A stretch of DNA of 64,000 bases from Thermodesulfovibrionales bacterium (GTDB taxonomy: Bacteria > Nitrospirota > Thermodesulfovibrionia > Thermodesulfovibrionales > UBA6898). Shown here one piece after another: positions 17,854-28,456 of the stretch. Position 1 is the first letter of the stretch, and every line of letters starts with the position of its first letter. Under the pieces are notes generated by a model. The model had not been told where the DNA came from, searched no databases, and saw nothing but the letters and a program-made list of their open reading frames with translations. The position numbers and the translations under genes were made by a program. Location of the stretch: assembly GCA_049799315.1 (NCBI GenBank), contig JBARHQ010000020.1:21085-85084 (forward strand), read 5' to 3'.

Positions 17854-19640
17854 TGGCCCTGGATATTACCGGGGTCGGGACAGAGAAGCGGCCCACCATA
17901 CTCGAAGAACTCATTGCCGAGTTTGGGCCAGAGTTCGGTAAAGATGCGTTCGCCGTTCAATCGACCTGTGATACTATCCCGACCCTCTGGATCTCTCCGG
18001 ACAGGGTAACTGAAATACTCCACCACCTCAAATCAGGCCTGCCGCGCCCCTACAGGATGCTCTATGACCTGACCGCTATTGATGAGAGGGTGAGGGAGCA
18101 GCGGTCCGGGCAACCCGCCTGTGATTTTTCGATGGTATACCACCTCATGTCCCATGAAAGGAACGAGGACATTCGACTCAAGGTCCCACTCGCCGGCGAC
18201 CGTCCCTCACTGCGGTCAATCACAGGCATCTGGCCTTCAGCGGCATGGTACGAGCGCGAGGTCTGGGACATGTTCGGCATATCCTTTGAAGGCCACCCGC
18301 ACCTCACGCGGATCCTGATGCCGTCCGAATGGACGGGACATCCCCTCCGCAAGGAGCACCCTGCCCGTGCAACGGAAATGGAGACGTTCCGGCTGACAGA
18401 GGAGATCGAAGACGCCGGTCAGAAGGCCCTCCAGTTCCGGCCGTCGGACTGGGGAATGAAACGCCATCGTGAAGGAACAGAATTCATGTTTCTGAACCTC
18501 GGGCCACAGCATCCCGGTACCCACGGGCTGCTGCGTATCATACTCCAGCTTGACGGTGAGGAGATCGTTGATTCGGTCCTTGATATCGGCTATCACCACC
18601 GCGGCGCTGAAAAAATGGCTGAGCGCCAGACCTGGCATACCTTCATTCCATATACCGACCGCATCGATTATCTCGGAGGCGTGATGAATAACCTGGCCTA
18701 TGTCCTTGGTGTCGAGAGACTTGCCGGCATCGAAGTGCCTGACCGGGCGAAGGTGATCCGCGTAATGATGGCGGAGCTCTTCAGAATAGCGAGCCATCTC
18801 GTCTGGTATGGCACCTTTGCGCAGGATGTCGGCGCGCTTTCGCCTGTTTTCTATACATTCAACGACCGGGAGCGGATATTCGGTATCGTCGAGGCGGTCT
18901 GCGGCGGCCGGATGCATCCTGCCTGGTTCCGCATCGGCGGCGTTGCGCAGGACCTGCCGGAGGGATGGGATTCGCTGATACGCGATTTCGTCGGCTACCT
19001 GCCGAAGAGACTTGCAGAATACGATACGCTGATAATGAGGAACAGCCTGTTCAAGGCACGGACCAGGGGCATCGGACGCTATAGCCGTGACGAGGCGATC
19101 GAGTGGGGCGTGACAGGGCCGGGGCTGAGGGCCTGCGGGTATGAGTGGGACCTGCGCAAGAAGCGGCCTTATTCAGGCTACGACCAGTTCGAGTTCGATA
19201 TCCCGACCGCGCAGCAGGGCGACTGCTACGACCGCGGCGTGGTGCGTGTCGAGGAGATGCGTCAGAGCCTGCGCATTGTCGAGCAATGTCTGAAGAATAT
19301 GCCTGCGGGACCGTACAAATCTGACCACCCATCGGCTGTGCCGCCCCGTAAGGAGCGCACCATGCATGACATAGAAACACTTATCCATCACTTTCTGGGG
19401 GTGAGCTGGGGGCCGGTCATCCCGGCGGGGGAGGCATTTTCTGGCATAGAGGCCTCCAAGGGCGCCAACGGCTATTACCTGATCAGCGACGGTACTGCAA
19501 AGCCATATCGCGCGCGTATCCGGACGCCCTCTTTTGCCCATCTCCAGATGGTCCCTGAGATATGCCGGGGATTGATGGTGGCCGACCTGCTCGCTATCCT
19601 CGGGAGCGTCGACTTTGTCCTTGCGGACGTGGACAGATGA
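17853..19640 (+). CDS. nuoCD: NADH-quinone oxidoreductase fused subunit C/D
   Basis: 595 aa. A NuoC-like N-terminal half (ERE(V)WDMFGI) is joined to a NuoD-like half ([12 protein letters not shown]...DIVLADVDR-type end, [11 protein letters not shown]). Confidence 0.9.
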   Translation: MALDITGVGTEKRPTILEELIAEFGPEFGKDAFAVQSTCDTIPTLWISPDRVTEILHHLKSGLPRPYRMLYDLTAIDERVREQRSGQPACDFSMVYHLMSHERNEDIRLKVPLAGDRPSLRSITGIWPSAAWYEREVWDMFGISFEGHPHLTRILMPSEWTGHPLRKEHPARATEMETFRLTEEIEDAGQKALQFRPSDWGMKRHREGTEFMFLNLGPQHPGTHGLLRIILQLDGEEIVDSVLDIGYHHRGAEKMAERQTWHTFIPYTDRIDYLGGVMNNLAYVLGVERLAGIEVPDRAKVIRVMMAELFRIASHLVWYGTFAQDVGALSPVFYTFNDRERIFGIVEAVCGGRMHPAWFRIGGVAQDLPEGWDSLIRDFVGYLPKRLAEYDTLIMRNSLFKARTRGIGRYSRDEAIEWGVTGPGLRACGYEWDLRKKRPYSGYDQFEFDIPTAQQGDCYDRGVVRVEEMRQSLRIVEQCLKNMPAGPYKSDHPSAVPPRKERTMHDIETLIHHFLGVSWGPVIPAGEAFSGIEASKGANGYYLISDGTAKPYRARIRTPSFAHLQMVPEICRGLMVADLLAILGSVDFVLADVDR

Positions 19641-20128
19641 GCCTGACAGACCAGGAACGATCCGAGATCGTCGAAGAAATCCGGGCACATCTCCATATGG
19701 GGGTCCATATGGGGGCCCACAAGCGGGCGGCCTGTGTGGAGGCACTGAAGATCGTCCAGCGCCGCCACGGCTGGATCTCTGACGAGATATGCGATATTGC
19801 GGAGATGCTCGAAATGACCGCTGATGAGGTTGACGGCATCGCTACATTTTACAGCTTCATATTCAGGAGGCCTGTCGGCAAACACCTCATCCTGATCTGT
19901 GACAGTGTATGCTGCTGGACCGTGGGGTATGAGCAGATACGCGAGCATCTTTGCTCACGTCTCGGCATACGCCCGGGTGAGACGAGCGCCGACGGCCAGT
20001 TCACGCTGCTGCCGGTCTCCTGCCTCGGGGCGTGCGATCATGCCCCTGCCATGATTATAGATGAAGACTTGCACGGGGACCTGAACCCGGCGAAAGTCGA
20101 TGAGATCCTGAGGAGATATACGGAATAA
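19637..20128 (+). CDS. nuoE: NADH-quinone oxidoreductase subunit E
   Basis: ATGA overlap with the nuoCD stop. [2Fe-2S] ligands in ICDSVCC...[11 protein letters not shown]. Confidence 0.9.
   Translation: MSLTDQERSEIVEEIRAHLHMGVHMGAHKRAACVEALKIVQRRHGWISDEICDIAEMLEMTADEVDGIATFYSFIFRRPVGKHLILICDSVCCWTVGYEQIREHLCSRLGIRPGETSADGQFTLLPVSCLGACDHAPAMIIDEDLHGDLNPAKVDEILRRYTE
19692..19715. repeat. perfect 12-nt tandem duplication inside nuoE
   Basis: TCCATATGGGGG x2, in frame; encodes HMGV-HMGA. Confidence 0.9.
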
Positions 20129-21459
20129 TGGCCCGGATAGCCCGAATAGAAACAATAGAAAAGTTCGAAAGACCCCTGACAGGAAGTTTCCGCAAGGATG
20201 GGGCGGCGCTCAGCCTTCGGGAATATGAAAAGGCCGGCGGCTATCGGGCCCTGCGCAAGGCGCTCGGCTCGATGACGCCACTTGAGGTCCGGACATTTGT
20301 TCAGGATTCGAAGCTCCGTGGGCGCGGCGGCGCGGGTTTTCCGACCGGGCAGAAGTGGAGTTTTTTTCCGGTGGGCAGCGACGCGCCCAGGCCCAGGTAC
20401 CTGATAGCGAATGCTGACGAGATGGAGCCCGGCACCTACAAAGACCGCGTACTCATCGAGGGCAATCCGCATCAGCTGATTGAAGGGATCATTGTGAGTG
20501 CCTATGCGCTCGGGGTGGACCATGCCTATATCTTTCTCAGGTTGGAATACAAAGAGGCGGGCCGCCGGCTTATGAGGGCTATAGAAGAGGCGTACCGCAA
20601 CAACTATCTCGGCAAGCGGATACTCAATTCCGGAAACGCCGAATACGCCGAATTCGGCTTGGAACTCAGGCTCCATGTGAGCGCAGGCCGCTACATATGC
20701 GGGGAAGAGACCGCAATGCTGAACGCCCTTGAAGGCCGGAGGCCCGTGCCGCGTGCAAAGCCGCCCCATCCCCAAGTCTGCGGACTCTGGGGAAAGCCGA
20801 CGATCATCAATAACACAGAGACGTTCTGCAACGTACCTCATATCGTCAATAACGGCCCTGAGTGGTTTAAAGGATTAGGCCTCACCGGGGACAGCGGCAC
20901 GAAGATCTATGCGGTGAGCGGCAGGGTGAAGAACCCCGGCGCATTCGAACTTCCGATGGGCACCACGATCCGGGAGCTGCTTGAAGGGAAGGCGGGAGGG
21001 ATGAAGGACGGATACTCGTTCCGGGGCGTAATGCCGGGCGGCGCATCAACGGACTTTCTGATTGCGGACCATCTGGATGTGACGATGGATTTTGACTCTG
21101 TCCAGAAGGCGGGGAGCCGCCTGGGGACCGGCAACATGATCGTTCTCGATGACAGGACCTGCCCTGTCGGCATGGTCAATAACCTGATGCATTTCTTCGC
21201 GCGTGAATCCTGCGGCTGGTGTACCCCCTGCAGGGAGGGGCTGCCGTGGGCGGCTAAGATACTGCAGGGGGTCGAGGACGGCGCCGGGCATCCTGACGAT
21301 ATCGGACTGCTCGAATATCTCACGCGTCTGCTCTCTCCGGGCAATACCTTCTGTGCGCTCGCGCCAGGGGCCGTCGAGCCGCTCCAGAGCGCCTTGAAAT
21401 ATTTCAGGGCTGATTTCGAGCAGCACATAAGTGAAAAGAGATGCCCGTGGAAAAGATGA
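20128..21459 (+). CDS. nuoF: NADH-quinone oxidoreductase subunit F
   Basis: GRGGAGFPTGQKW (FMN/NADH site) and ESCGWCTPCREG (N3 cluster). Confidence 0.95.
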   Translation: MARIARIETIEKFERPLTGSFRKDGAALSLREYEKAGGYRALRKALGSMTPLEVRTFVQDSKLRGRGGAGFPTGQKWSFFPVGSDAPRPRYLIANADEMEPGTYKDRVLIEGNPHQLIEGIIVSAYALGVDHAYIFLRLEYKEAGRRLMRAIEEAYRNNYLGKRILNSGNAEYAEFGLELRLHVSAGRYICGEETAMLNALEGRRPVPRAKPPHPQVCGLWGKPTIINNTETFCNVPHIVNNGPEWFKGLGLTGDSGTKIYAVSGRVKNPGAFELPMGTTIRELLEGKAGGMKDGYSFRGVMPGGASTDFLIADHLDVTMDFDSVQKAGSRLGTGNMIVLDDRTCPVGMVNNLMHFFARESCGWCTPCREGLPWAAKILQGVEDGAGHPDDIGLLEYLTRLLSPGNTFCALAPGAVEPLQSALKYFRADFEQHISEKRCPWKR

Positions 21460-24233
21460 TGGCGACGATCTATGTTGACAATAAGCCATACCAGGTGGAA
21501 GGCGGTCAGAACCTCCTTGCCGCATGCCTCTCTATCGGCTTCGATCTGCCGTACTTCTGCTGGCATCCTGCCCTGCATTCAGCCGGAGCCTGCAGGCAGT
21601 GCGCGGTAAAGCAGTTCAGGGATGAAAAGGACACCAGGGGGAAGATTGTGATGTCCTGCATGACTCCGGTGACGGACGGATTGCGCATATCTGTCGATGA
21701 CCCTGACGCGAAGGCGTTCCGCGCCGGCATCATCGAGCTGCTGATGGCGAACCATCCGCATGACTGTCCGGTCTGTGACGAGGGGGGCGAGTGCCACCTC
21801 CAGGACATGACCGTCATGACCGGCCATGTATCGAGGAGATACCAGTTTAAGAAGAGGACCCACCGCAACCAGGACCTCGGGCCGTTCATAAACCATGAGA
21901 TGAACCGCTGCATCCAGTGTTACCGCTGCGTCCGTTTTTACCGGGACTATGCAGGCGGACGGGACCTTGAGGTCATGGGATCTCACCACCATGTCTATTT
22001 CGGACGGCACGAAGACGGTGCGCTCGAAAGCGAGTTCAGCGGCAACCTGATCGAGGTATGCCCGACCGGGGTTTTCACGGACAAGACACTGAAAAGACAT
22101 TACACCCGGAAATGGGACCTCCAGACAGCGCCCTCGGTCTGCGTGCATTGCAGCCTGGGTTGCAACATCTTCCCGGGTGAAAGATACGGCATGCTCCGCC
22201 GGATACTGAACCGCTACAACAGTGAGGTAAACGGCTACTTCCTCTGCGACAGGGGGCGCTTCGGATATGAGTTCGTCAATGACAGTCGCCGCGTCAGGAC
22301 ACCCCTGCTGAAGAGCGCACTGGTGAAGAACGCCCTGAGTAAGGACGATGAATCGGCCGGCTGGCAGAAGGGGGTGACGGTGAAAGATGTCCTGGGACAT
22401 ATCGGCGGACTGCTCCACTTTGGTGCGGACGTCATCGGCATCGGCTCACCCCGCGCATCGCTCGAGGCGAATTTTCTGCTGCGGGAACTGGTGGGGCCCG
22501 AGCACTTCTATGCAGGAATTTCATCCGTCGATTTCCTGCTGGTGCCAGAGATGCTCTCGATACTCCAGAATGGGCCGACCGCTCCGGCCTCGCTCCGGGA
22601 GGTCCGGGAGGCGGATGTCGTATTCATTCTCGGGGAGGACCTTACGAACACAGCACCGATGCTCGCACTGGCAGTGCGCCAGTCTGTCCGAACCGGACCG
22701 ATGGCTATAGCCGACAGGCTTATGGTCCCGGCATGGCATGATGCAGCAGTCAGGACAGCTGCCCAGAATGAAGTTCCTCTGCTCTTCATTGCGGCTGTTG
22801 AAAGCACGCGTCTCGACGATGCGGCGGGACTGGTCTATCGGGGCGCGCCGGATGATATCGCGAGGCTTGGTTTTGCGGTGGCAGCCGAGCTGAGCAGCAG
22901 CGCCACGGAGGTGACCGGCATGTCCGAAGATATGCGCGTCTATGTAAAGACCATTGCCGATGCCCTGCGGATGGCCTTACGGCCGGTGGTAATCTCGGGC
23001 GGCTGCTGCGGGAGTGTTTCAGTGATAAGGGCCGCGGCCAATGTTTCTGTTGCCCTCTGCGAAAAAGGGCACAGGGCCTCGCTCTGCTTCAGCCTCCCTG
23101 AATGCAACAGTATGGGGTTGGCACTCATGGGACCGAAGAGTCTGGATGAGGCGATTAACGCCTCCGGAAGGGGCGGTCCGGACACGCTCCTTATTCTGGA
23201 GAACGATCTCTTCCGCCGCGCTGACCGCGAAAGAATCAGGGGCTTCTTCGATGCCGCAAAAAATATTCTGGTGCTCGATCACACGCGCACCGCCACAGTG
23301 GAACAGGCGGACATAGTGCTTCCTGCTGCCACGTATGCTGAAGCGACAGGAACGATCGTCAATAACGAGGGACGCTGCCAGAGGTCATATGCGGTTTTTC
23401 CCCCTGCCGGGGAGATTCAGCCCAGCTCGAAATGGCTGCACGAAATTATCGTCGCTTCCGGACGGACAGGGTCTGCTGACACAGGGAATATCGATGGCAT
23501 TATGGCTGCCATGGCGTCTGCTATCCCCGCGCTGAGGGCGATCGGTGATGCGGGCTTCAATACTGGATTCTGGGCCGGAAGCCCGATTAAGGGTATGAAG
23601 ATCCCGCGTCAGCCGCACCGGTACAGTGGCCGCACCGCCATGAACGCTGACAAAAACGTGCATGAGCCGCGACCCCCCGATGACCCTGATTCTGCACTTT
23701 CTTTCTCGATGGAGGGATATGAGGGCAGGACGCCTGATGCCCTGGCCCCGAGGGCCTGGGCTCCGAAATGGAATTCTGTACAGGCTGTCAACATGACGGC
23801 GAAGGACACCAACGATATCAGCGGAGTGGGCTCCGGCGGAAAAGGGATACGACTTGTAGAACCCGGCAGCGGCATGCCGGTCTCTTTTTTCATGGATATT
23901 CCTGAGGCCTTCATCCCCCGAAGCAATGAACTCCTGATCGTCAGGCGAAGTCATATATTCGGGTCGGAAGAATTGAGCGCCCTGTCGCCAGCGGTCGCGG
24001 AACGCCGCCCGATGCTATATCTTGCCCTCAATAACATCGACGCCGAAAAACTCGGCATTGCAGAGGGCGGTCAAGCGGAAGTGCAGTTTGGGCGCTTGAT
24101 CTTCCGGCTTCCTGTCGTGCTGAGCACTGCGTTGCCGATGGGTATCGGGGGATTGCCGCTCGGTCTGCCGGGGCTCGAATGGGCAGCGCTGCCCGAATGG
24201 GCAACGGTGAGAAAGAGCGGAGAAAGGGCATGA
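21456..24233 (+). CDS. nuoG: NADH-quinone oxidoreductase subunit G (long form)
   Basis: ATGA overlap with the nuoF stop. Motifs [22 protein letters not shown] and [10 protein letters not shown]. Molybdopterin-oxidoreductase-like remainder. Confidence 0.9.
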   Translation: MMATIYVDNKPYQVEGGQNLLAACLSIGFDLPYFCWHPALHSAGACRQCAVKQFRDEKDTRGKIVMSCMTPVTDGLRISVDDPDAKAFRAGIIELLMANHPHDCPVCDEGGECHLQDMTVMTGHVSRRYQFKKRTHRNQDLGPFINHEMNRCIQCYRCVRFYRDYAGGRDLEVMGSHHHVYFGRHEDGALESEFSGNLIEVCPTGVFTDKTLKRHYTRKWDLQTAPSVCVHCSLGCNIFPGERYGMLRRILNRYNSEVNGYFLCDRGRFGYEFVNDSRRVRTPLLKSALVKNALSKDDESAGWQKGVTVKDVLGHIGGLLHFGADVIGIGSPRASLEANFLLRELVGPEHFYAGISSVDFLLVPEMLSILQNGPTAPASLREVREADVVFILGEDLTNTAPMLALAVRQSVRTGPMAIADRLMVPAWHDAAVRTAAQNEVPLLFIAAVESTRLDDAAGLVYRGAPDDIARLGFAVAAELSSSATEVTGMSEDMRVYVKTIADALRMALRPVVISGGCCGSVSVIRAAANVSVALCEKGHRASLCFSLPECNSMGLALMGPKSLDEAINASGRGGPDTLLILENDLFRRADRERIRGFFDAAKNILVLDHTRTATVEQADIVLPAATYAEATGTIVNNEGRCQRSYAVFPPAGEIQPSSKWLHEIIVASGRTGSADTGNIDGIMAAMASAIPALRAIGDAGFNTGFWAGSPIKGMKIPRQPHRYSGRTAMNADKNVHEPRPPDDPDSALSFSMEGYEGRTPDALAPRAWAPKWNSVQAVNMTAKDTNDISGVGSGGKGIRLVEPGSGMPVSFFMDIPEAFIPRSNELLIVRRSHIFGSEELSALSPAVAERRPMLYLALNNIDAEKLGIAEGGQAEVQFGRLIFRLPVVLSTALPMGIGGLPLGLPGLEWAALPEWATVRKSGERA

Positions 24234-25186
24234 GAGGGACGGCAGAACAGGTAATTGTTGTATTCGGGGTCCTTGCTGCAGCAGTCACGACCGCAGCAAT
24301 GCTGATATGGCTTGAACGCAGGCTGCTCGGACTCTGGCAGGATCGCTACGGGCCGAACCGCGTCGGACCGTTCGGGCTTCTGCAAGTGTTTGCCGACATG
24401 ATCAAGGTCCTGACCAAGGAGGACTGGATCCCGCCCTTTGCGGACAGGCCGGTCTTTATTATTGCGCCTGCAGTGCTTATGGTCAGCGTACTCCTATCTT
24501 TTGCGGTCATCCCCTTCAGCCCGGGTATCATGATAGCGGACCTCAATGTCGGCCTCCTCTTCTTCCTCGCCATGTCATCCCTTGGGGTTTATAGCATAGC
24601 GCTTGCGGGCTGGTCCTCCGATAGCAAATACTCGCTCCTCGGCGGACTGAGGGCCGCTGCCCAGATGCTGAGTTACGAGATATTCATGGGCCTTTCACTG
24701 ATGGGGGTGGTCATGCTCGCGGGCTCGTTCAGTCTCCGCGATATCGTGGAGGCGCAGCGGGGGATCTGGTACTGTGTGCCCCAGTTCGCCGGTCTGGTCG
24801 TCTTCATGATCGCCGGGATAGCAGAGACCCACCGGTTGCCTTTTGATCTGCCCGAGGCCGAAAACGAGCTGGTTGCGGGTTATCATTCCGAATATTCCGG
24901 TATGAAGTTCGGCATGTTCTTTGTGGGCGAGTATCTTGGGATAACTCTTATCTCGGCCCTTATCACGACGCTCTTTTTCGGCGGGTGGCTCGGACCATTT
25001 TTGCCGCCTATCGTCTGGTTTCTGCTTAAGACTTTTGTCTTTATCTGCGGCTTTATCCTCCTTCGGGCGTCGCTCCCGAGGCCGCGGTATGACCAACTGA
25101 TGTCGTTCGGCTGGAAGGTTATGCTGCCGCTCACCCTTCTGAATATCCTGATCACCGGGCTGGCTGTGCTGGCGGCCCGAGGATAG
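24230..25186 (+). CDS. nuoH: NADH-quinone oxidoreductase subunit H
   Basis: ATGA overlap with the nuoG stop. Contains [26 protein letters not shown]. Confidence 0.9.
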   Translation: MRGTAEQVIVVFGVLAAAVTTAAMLIWLERRLLGLWQDRYGPNRVGPFGLLQVFADMIKVLTKEDWIPPFADRPVFIIAPAVLMVSVLLSFAVIPFSPGIMIADLNVGLLFFLAMSSLGVYSIALAGWSSDSKYSLLGGLRAAAQMLSYEIFMGLSLMGVVMLAGSFSLRDIVEAQRGIWYCVPQFAGLVVFMIAGIAETHRLPFDLPEAENELVAGYHSEYSGMKFGMFFVGEYLGITLISALITTLFFGGWLGPFLPPIVWFLLKTFVFICGFILLRASLPRPRYDQLMSFGWKVMLPLTLLNILITGLAVLAARG

Positions 25187-25193
25187 GGAGGGG

Positions 25194-25712
25194 ATGATGC
25201 TGAGCCTGCTCAGGACAATCTGGACAGTCTTCCTTCATATGTTCCGAAGGCGTGAGACGATTCTCTATCCCGAGGAGAGGCCATATCTGCCCCCACGCTG
25301 GCGTGGCAGGATCATCCTCTCGCGGGACCCTGACGGCGGGGAGAGGTGTGTAGCCTGCGGACTCTGTGCCGTCGCCTGCCCGGTGGATTGCATCGCCCTG
25401 CAGGCAACGGAAGATGCGCATGGGCGGCGGTATCCTGAATTCTTCCGCATCAATTTCTCGCGCTGCATTTTCTGCGGTTTTTGCGAGGAGGCATGCCCTA
25501 CATACGCGATCCAGCTCACCCCGGATTTCGAGATGGGAGAATATGACCGCAAAAATCTTGTCTACGAAAAGGAGGACCTGCTCATCAGCGGTCCGGGGAA
25601 GTATCCGGACTACAATTTCTATAAAGTCGCCGGACTCTCTATTGCCGGGAAGGACAAGGGGGAGTCTGAAAATGAGGACCCGCCGGTAGACGTCAGGGGC
25701 CTGATGCCATGA
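25194..25712 (+). CDS. nuoI: NADH-quinone oxidoreductase subunit I
   Basis: Two 4Fe-4S boxes: [12 protein letters not shown] and [12 protein letters not shown]. Confidence 0.9.
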   Translation: MMLSLLRTIWTVFLHMFRRRETILYPEERPYLPPRWRGRIILSRDPDGGERCVACGLCAVACPVDCIALQATEDAHGRRYPEFFRINFSRCIFCGFCEEACPTYAIQLTPDFEMGEYDRKNLVYEKEDLLISGPGKYPDYNFYKVAGLSIAGKDKGESENEDPPVDVRGLMP

Positions 25713-26266
25713 ATGTGCCCTTTTTCATAGCAGGGGCCGTCGCGGTGCTCTCGACTCTGATGGTGATCACACGGCGCAACGCGGTGCATGCGCTTCTGTA
25801 TCTCATTGTCTCGCTGCTTTCAGTGGCGGTAGTGCTTTTCGTTATCGGAGCGCCGTTCGTCGCCGCGCTCGAGGTGATCATCTATGCCGGGGCGATCATG
25901 GTACTTTTTGTTTTCGTCATCATGATACTGAACATCGGCCCCCAGGCTGCCAGGCAGGAGCGATTATGGATGGCGCCTGAAACATGGGTCGGCCCGGCGC
26001 TTTTGTCGGCGGTTTTGATGGTTGAGTTTGCATATGTGCTGACAACATCCGGTGGATCTGCCGGTGCGCGGATAATCGATGCGGGAGAGGTTGGCGTGGC
26101 GCTTTATGGTCCTTATTTGCTGGGAGTAGAACTGGCGTCGATACTTCTTCTTGCGGGTGTAGTGGGCGCATATCACCTGGGCAGCCGGGGCCATCGGCCA
26201 GATTCCGGGCCAGATCACCGAATTAAGCCGAAAGACCGTAATGATCGTAAGGGCGGTGAGAAATGA
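25709..26266 (+). CDS. nuoJ: NADH-quinone oxidoreductase subunit J
   Basis: ATGA overlap. Hydrophobic protein of 185 aa in conserved nuo order. Confidence 0.85.
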   Translation: MNVPFFIAGAVAVLSTLMVITRRNAVHALLYLIVSLLSVAVVLFVIGAPFVAALEVIIYAGAIMVLFVFVIMILNIGPQAARQERLWMAPETWVGPALLSAVLMVEFAYVLTTSGGSAGARIIDAGEVGVALYGPYLLGVELASILLLAGVVGAYHLGSRGHRPDSGPDHRIKPKDRNDRKGGEK

Positions 26267-26574
26267 TAGGGCCGGGTATGATGCATCAGGGACTCCTGCT
26301 TGCGGCAATCCTCTTTGTCCTTGGACTCGCCGGAGTCCTGATACGGCGGAATATCCTTTTTATGCTCATGTCGATCGAGATCATGCTGAATGCGGCCGGA
26401 CTCGCCTTTGTCGCAGCGGGTTCCGCTTGGGGACAGCCTGACGGCCAGGTATTCTTCATCTTCATTCTGACCATGGCGGGTGCAGAAGTCGCGGTCGGAC
26501 TCGCCCTTGTCCTCCAGATCTACCGAAGGTTCAGGACCCTGGATGCTGACGAAATCAGCAGGATGAGGGACTGA
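26263..26574 (+). CDS. nuoK: NADH-quinone oxidoreductase subunit K
   Basis: 103 aa, 3 TM, ...[16 protein letters not shown]...; conserved position. Confidence 0.85.
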   Translation: MIGPGMMHQGLLLAAILFVLGLAGVLIRRNILFMLMSIEIMLNAAGLAFVAAGSAWGQPDGQVFFIFILTMAGAEVAVGLALVLQIYRRFRTLDADEISRMRD

Positions 26575-26575
26575 C

Positions 26576-28456
26576 ATGCGAGACCTCCTCTGGCTTGTCC
26601 CATTGCTGCCGTTTGCGGGATTCGTTCTGCTGATTTCAGCCGGGGCGCGGATGCCCCGGCAGCTGGCCGCGTCCGTCGGCACGGGCTCGATCGGCATATC
26701 CGCGCTCCTGTCGATGCTCATCGCCTTTGACTTAATAACCACTGGCACACATGCCTTTTCGCAGACCCTTTGGACTTGGGTGCAGGTGGGCGGATTCGGG
26801 CCACGCATGGCACTGTACCTCGATCCCCTGTCTGTCGTCATGATGTTCGTCATCACCTTTGTCGGGTTTTTAATCCAGATCTACTCAGTCGAATATATGA
26901 AAGACGATGAGGGCTTCAGCCGTTTCTTCGGCTATATGAACCTGTTCATAGGCTTCATGCTCATTCTGGTTCTGGCGGACAACCTGCTCCTTCTGTATCT
27001 GGGCTGGGAGGGTGTCGGTCTCTGCAGCTACCTGCTCATCGGATTCTGGTATGCTGACCCTGCAAACGGGCATGCGGCGCGCAAGGCATTTGTGGTGACG
27101 AGGGTGGGCGATTCGGCAATGGCTGTCGGGGTTTTTCTCGTCTTCACGCATCTCGGTACGCTCCAGATACAGGATATGCTCCTGAAGGCCCAGCAGCAGT
27201 GGCCGGCCGGATCCGCCATCGCCATAACTGCAGCGGCATTGCTTTTGGCGGGGGCGGTAGGAAAGTCGGCGCAGCTTCCGCTCCAGACATGGCTCCCTGA
27301 CGCAATGGCCGGTCCTACACCGGTGAGTGCGCTCATCCATTCTGCAACGATGGTGACGGCCGGCGTCTACCTGATCGCGCGGCTGCATGTCCTGTTTGAG
27401 CTCGCTCCGCCGGTACGGGCTGCGGTGGCGATAATCGGGGCGTTCACTCTGCTCATGGCGGGTCTGAGCGCCCTTGTGCAGAGGGACATAAAACGCATAC
27501 TTGCCTATTCCACGATAAGCCAGATCGGATACATGTTTTTGGCCCTCGGGGCCGGGGCCTGGACAGCCGCTGTCTTTCATCTCATGACCCATGCTTTTTT
27601 TAAGTCCCTCCTCTTTCTCGGGGCCGGGGCAGTTATACTCTCCCTGAACCACGAACAGGACATATCGAGGATGGGGGGGCTCAGGTCCAGGATGCCTTTC
27701 GTCTTTTGGCCCTTTCTGATCGGTTCTGCCTCGCTTTCGGCATTGCCTTTTGTGACAGCCGGATTTTACAGCAAGGAGCTAATACTCCGCTCGGCATGGA
27801 ATGCGGGGACTCTCGGCCCATGGCTCTGGGCAGCGGGCGTGGCGGGAGCCCTGATAACCTCACTCTATTCGTTTCGGCTCGTATTTACCATATTTTATGG
27901 CGTGCCAAAGTCTGCTGTGACGGGAAAGCCGGGCATGACGATGCGGGTGCCCCTTGTCATTTTGGCAGCGCTCTCAGTGACGGGCGGTTTTATACAGTGG
28001 CCCATAGATTCTTCCGGGGCTTTTTCTGTTTTTCTTTCAGGTGTCCTGCCTTCCATCCAGGAACTGCAGCAGAACGGCACCGATCTTCTCCTTCAATTTA
28101 TCGCAGCGCTGGCTTCTGTATCCGGGATACTCATCGCCTATCTCGTCTATATTCGCTCTCCTCATCTGGCTGACGGTCTGCCCGGCAATGCAAGTATTTT
28201 GCAGGCGTTGCAGCGGTTCTGGTTTTCAGGATGGGGGTTTGACACGCTCTATGACACGCTCATCGTCAAGCCATTTCTCAGGTTTGCCGGCTTCATCAAA
28301 AACGATCTGATAGACCTTTTCTTCGAGGGTGTTGCATGGTACAGCGAGATCTCACACGGCCTACTCAGCTCCACCCAGACAGGTCGGTTGAGGTGGTACG
28401 CACTCTGGATCGCGGCCGGAGCTGTTATCATAATCGGGGTGGTGGTCTTCAGATGA
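26576..28456 (+). CDS. nuoL: NADH-quinone oxidoreductase subunit L
   Basis: 626 aa antiporter-like subunit (WEGVGLCSYLLIGFW..., KSAQLPLQTWLPDAMAGPTPVSALIHSATMV). Confidence 0.9.
   Translation: MRDLLWLVPLLPFAGFVLLISAGARMPRQLAASVGTGSIGISALLSMLIAFDLITTGTHAFSQTLWTWVQVGGFGPRMALYLDPLSVVMMFVITFVGFLIQIYSVEYMKDDEGFSRFFGYMNLFIGFMLILVLADNLLLLYLGWEGVGLCSYLLIGFWYADPANGHAARKAFVVTRVGDSAMAVGVFLVFTHLGTLQIQDMLLKAQQQWPAGSAIAITAAALLLAGAVGKSAQLPLQTWLPDAMAGPTPVSALIHSATMVTAGVYLIARLHVLFELAPPVRAAVAIIGAFTLLMAGLSALVQRDIKRILAYSTISQIGYMFLALGAGAWTAAVFHLMTHAFFKSLLFLGAGAVILSLNHEQDISRMGGLRSRMPFVFWPFLIGSASLSALPFVTAGFYSKELILRSAWNAGTLGPWLWAAGVAGALITSLYSFRLVFTIFYGVPKSAVTGKPGMTMRVPLVILAALSVTGGFIQWPIDSSGAFSVFLSGVLPSIQELQQNGTDLLLQFIAALASVSGILIAYLVYIRSPHLADGLPGNASILQALQRFWFSGWGFDTLYDTLIVKPFLRFAGFIKNDLIDLFFEGVAWYSEISHGLLSSTQTGRLRWYALWIAAGAVIIIGVVVFR

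Noticed and set aside
28336-28452. Upstream extension of the nuoM ORF (MVQRDLTRPTQ...).
   Set aside because: It overlaps the nuoL 3' end. The ATG at 28453 forms the ATGA coupling with the nuoL stop and begins the hydrophobic NuoM N-terminus.
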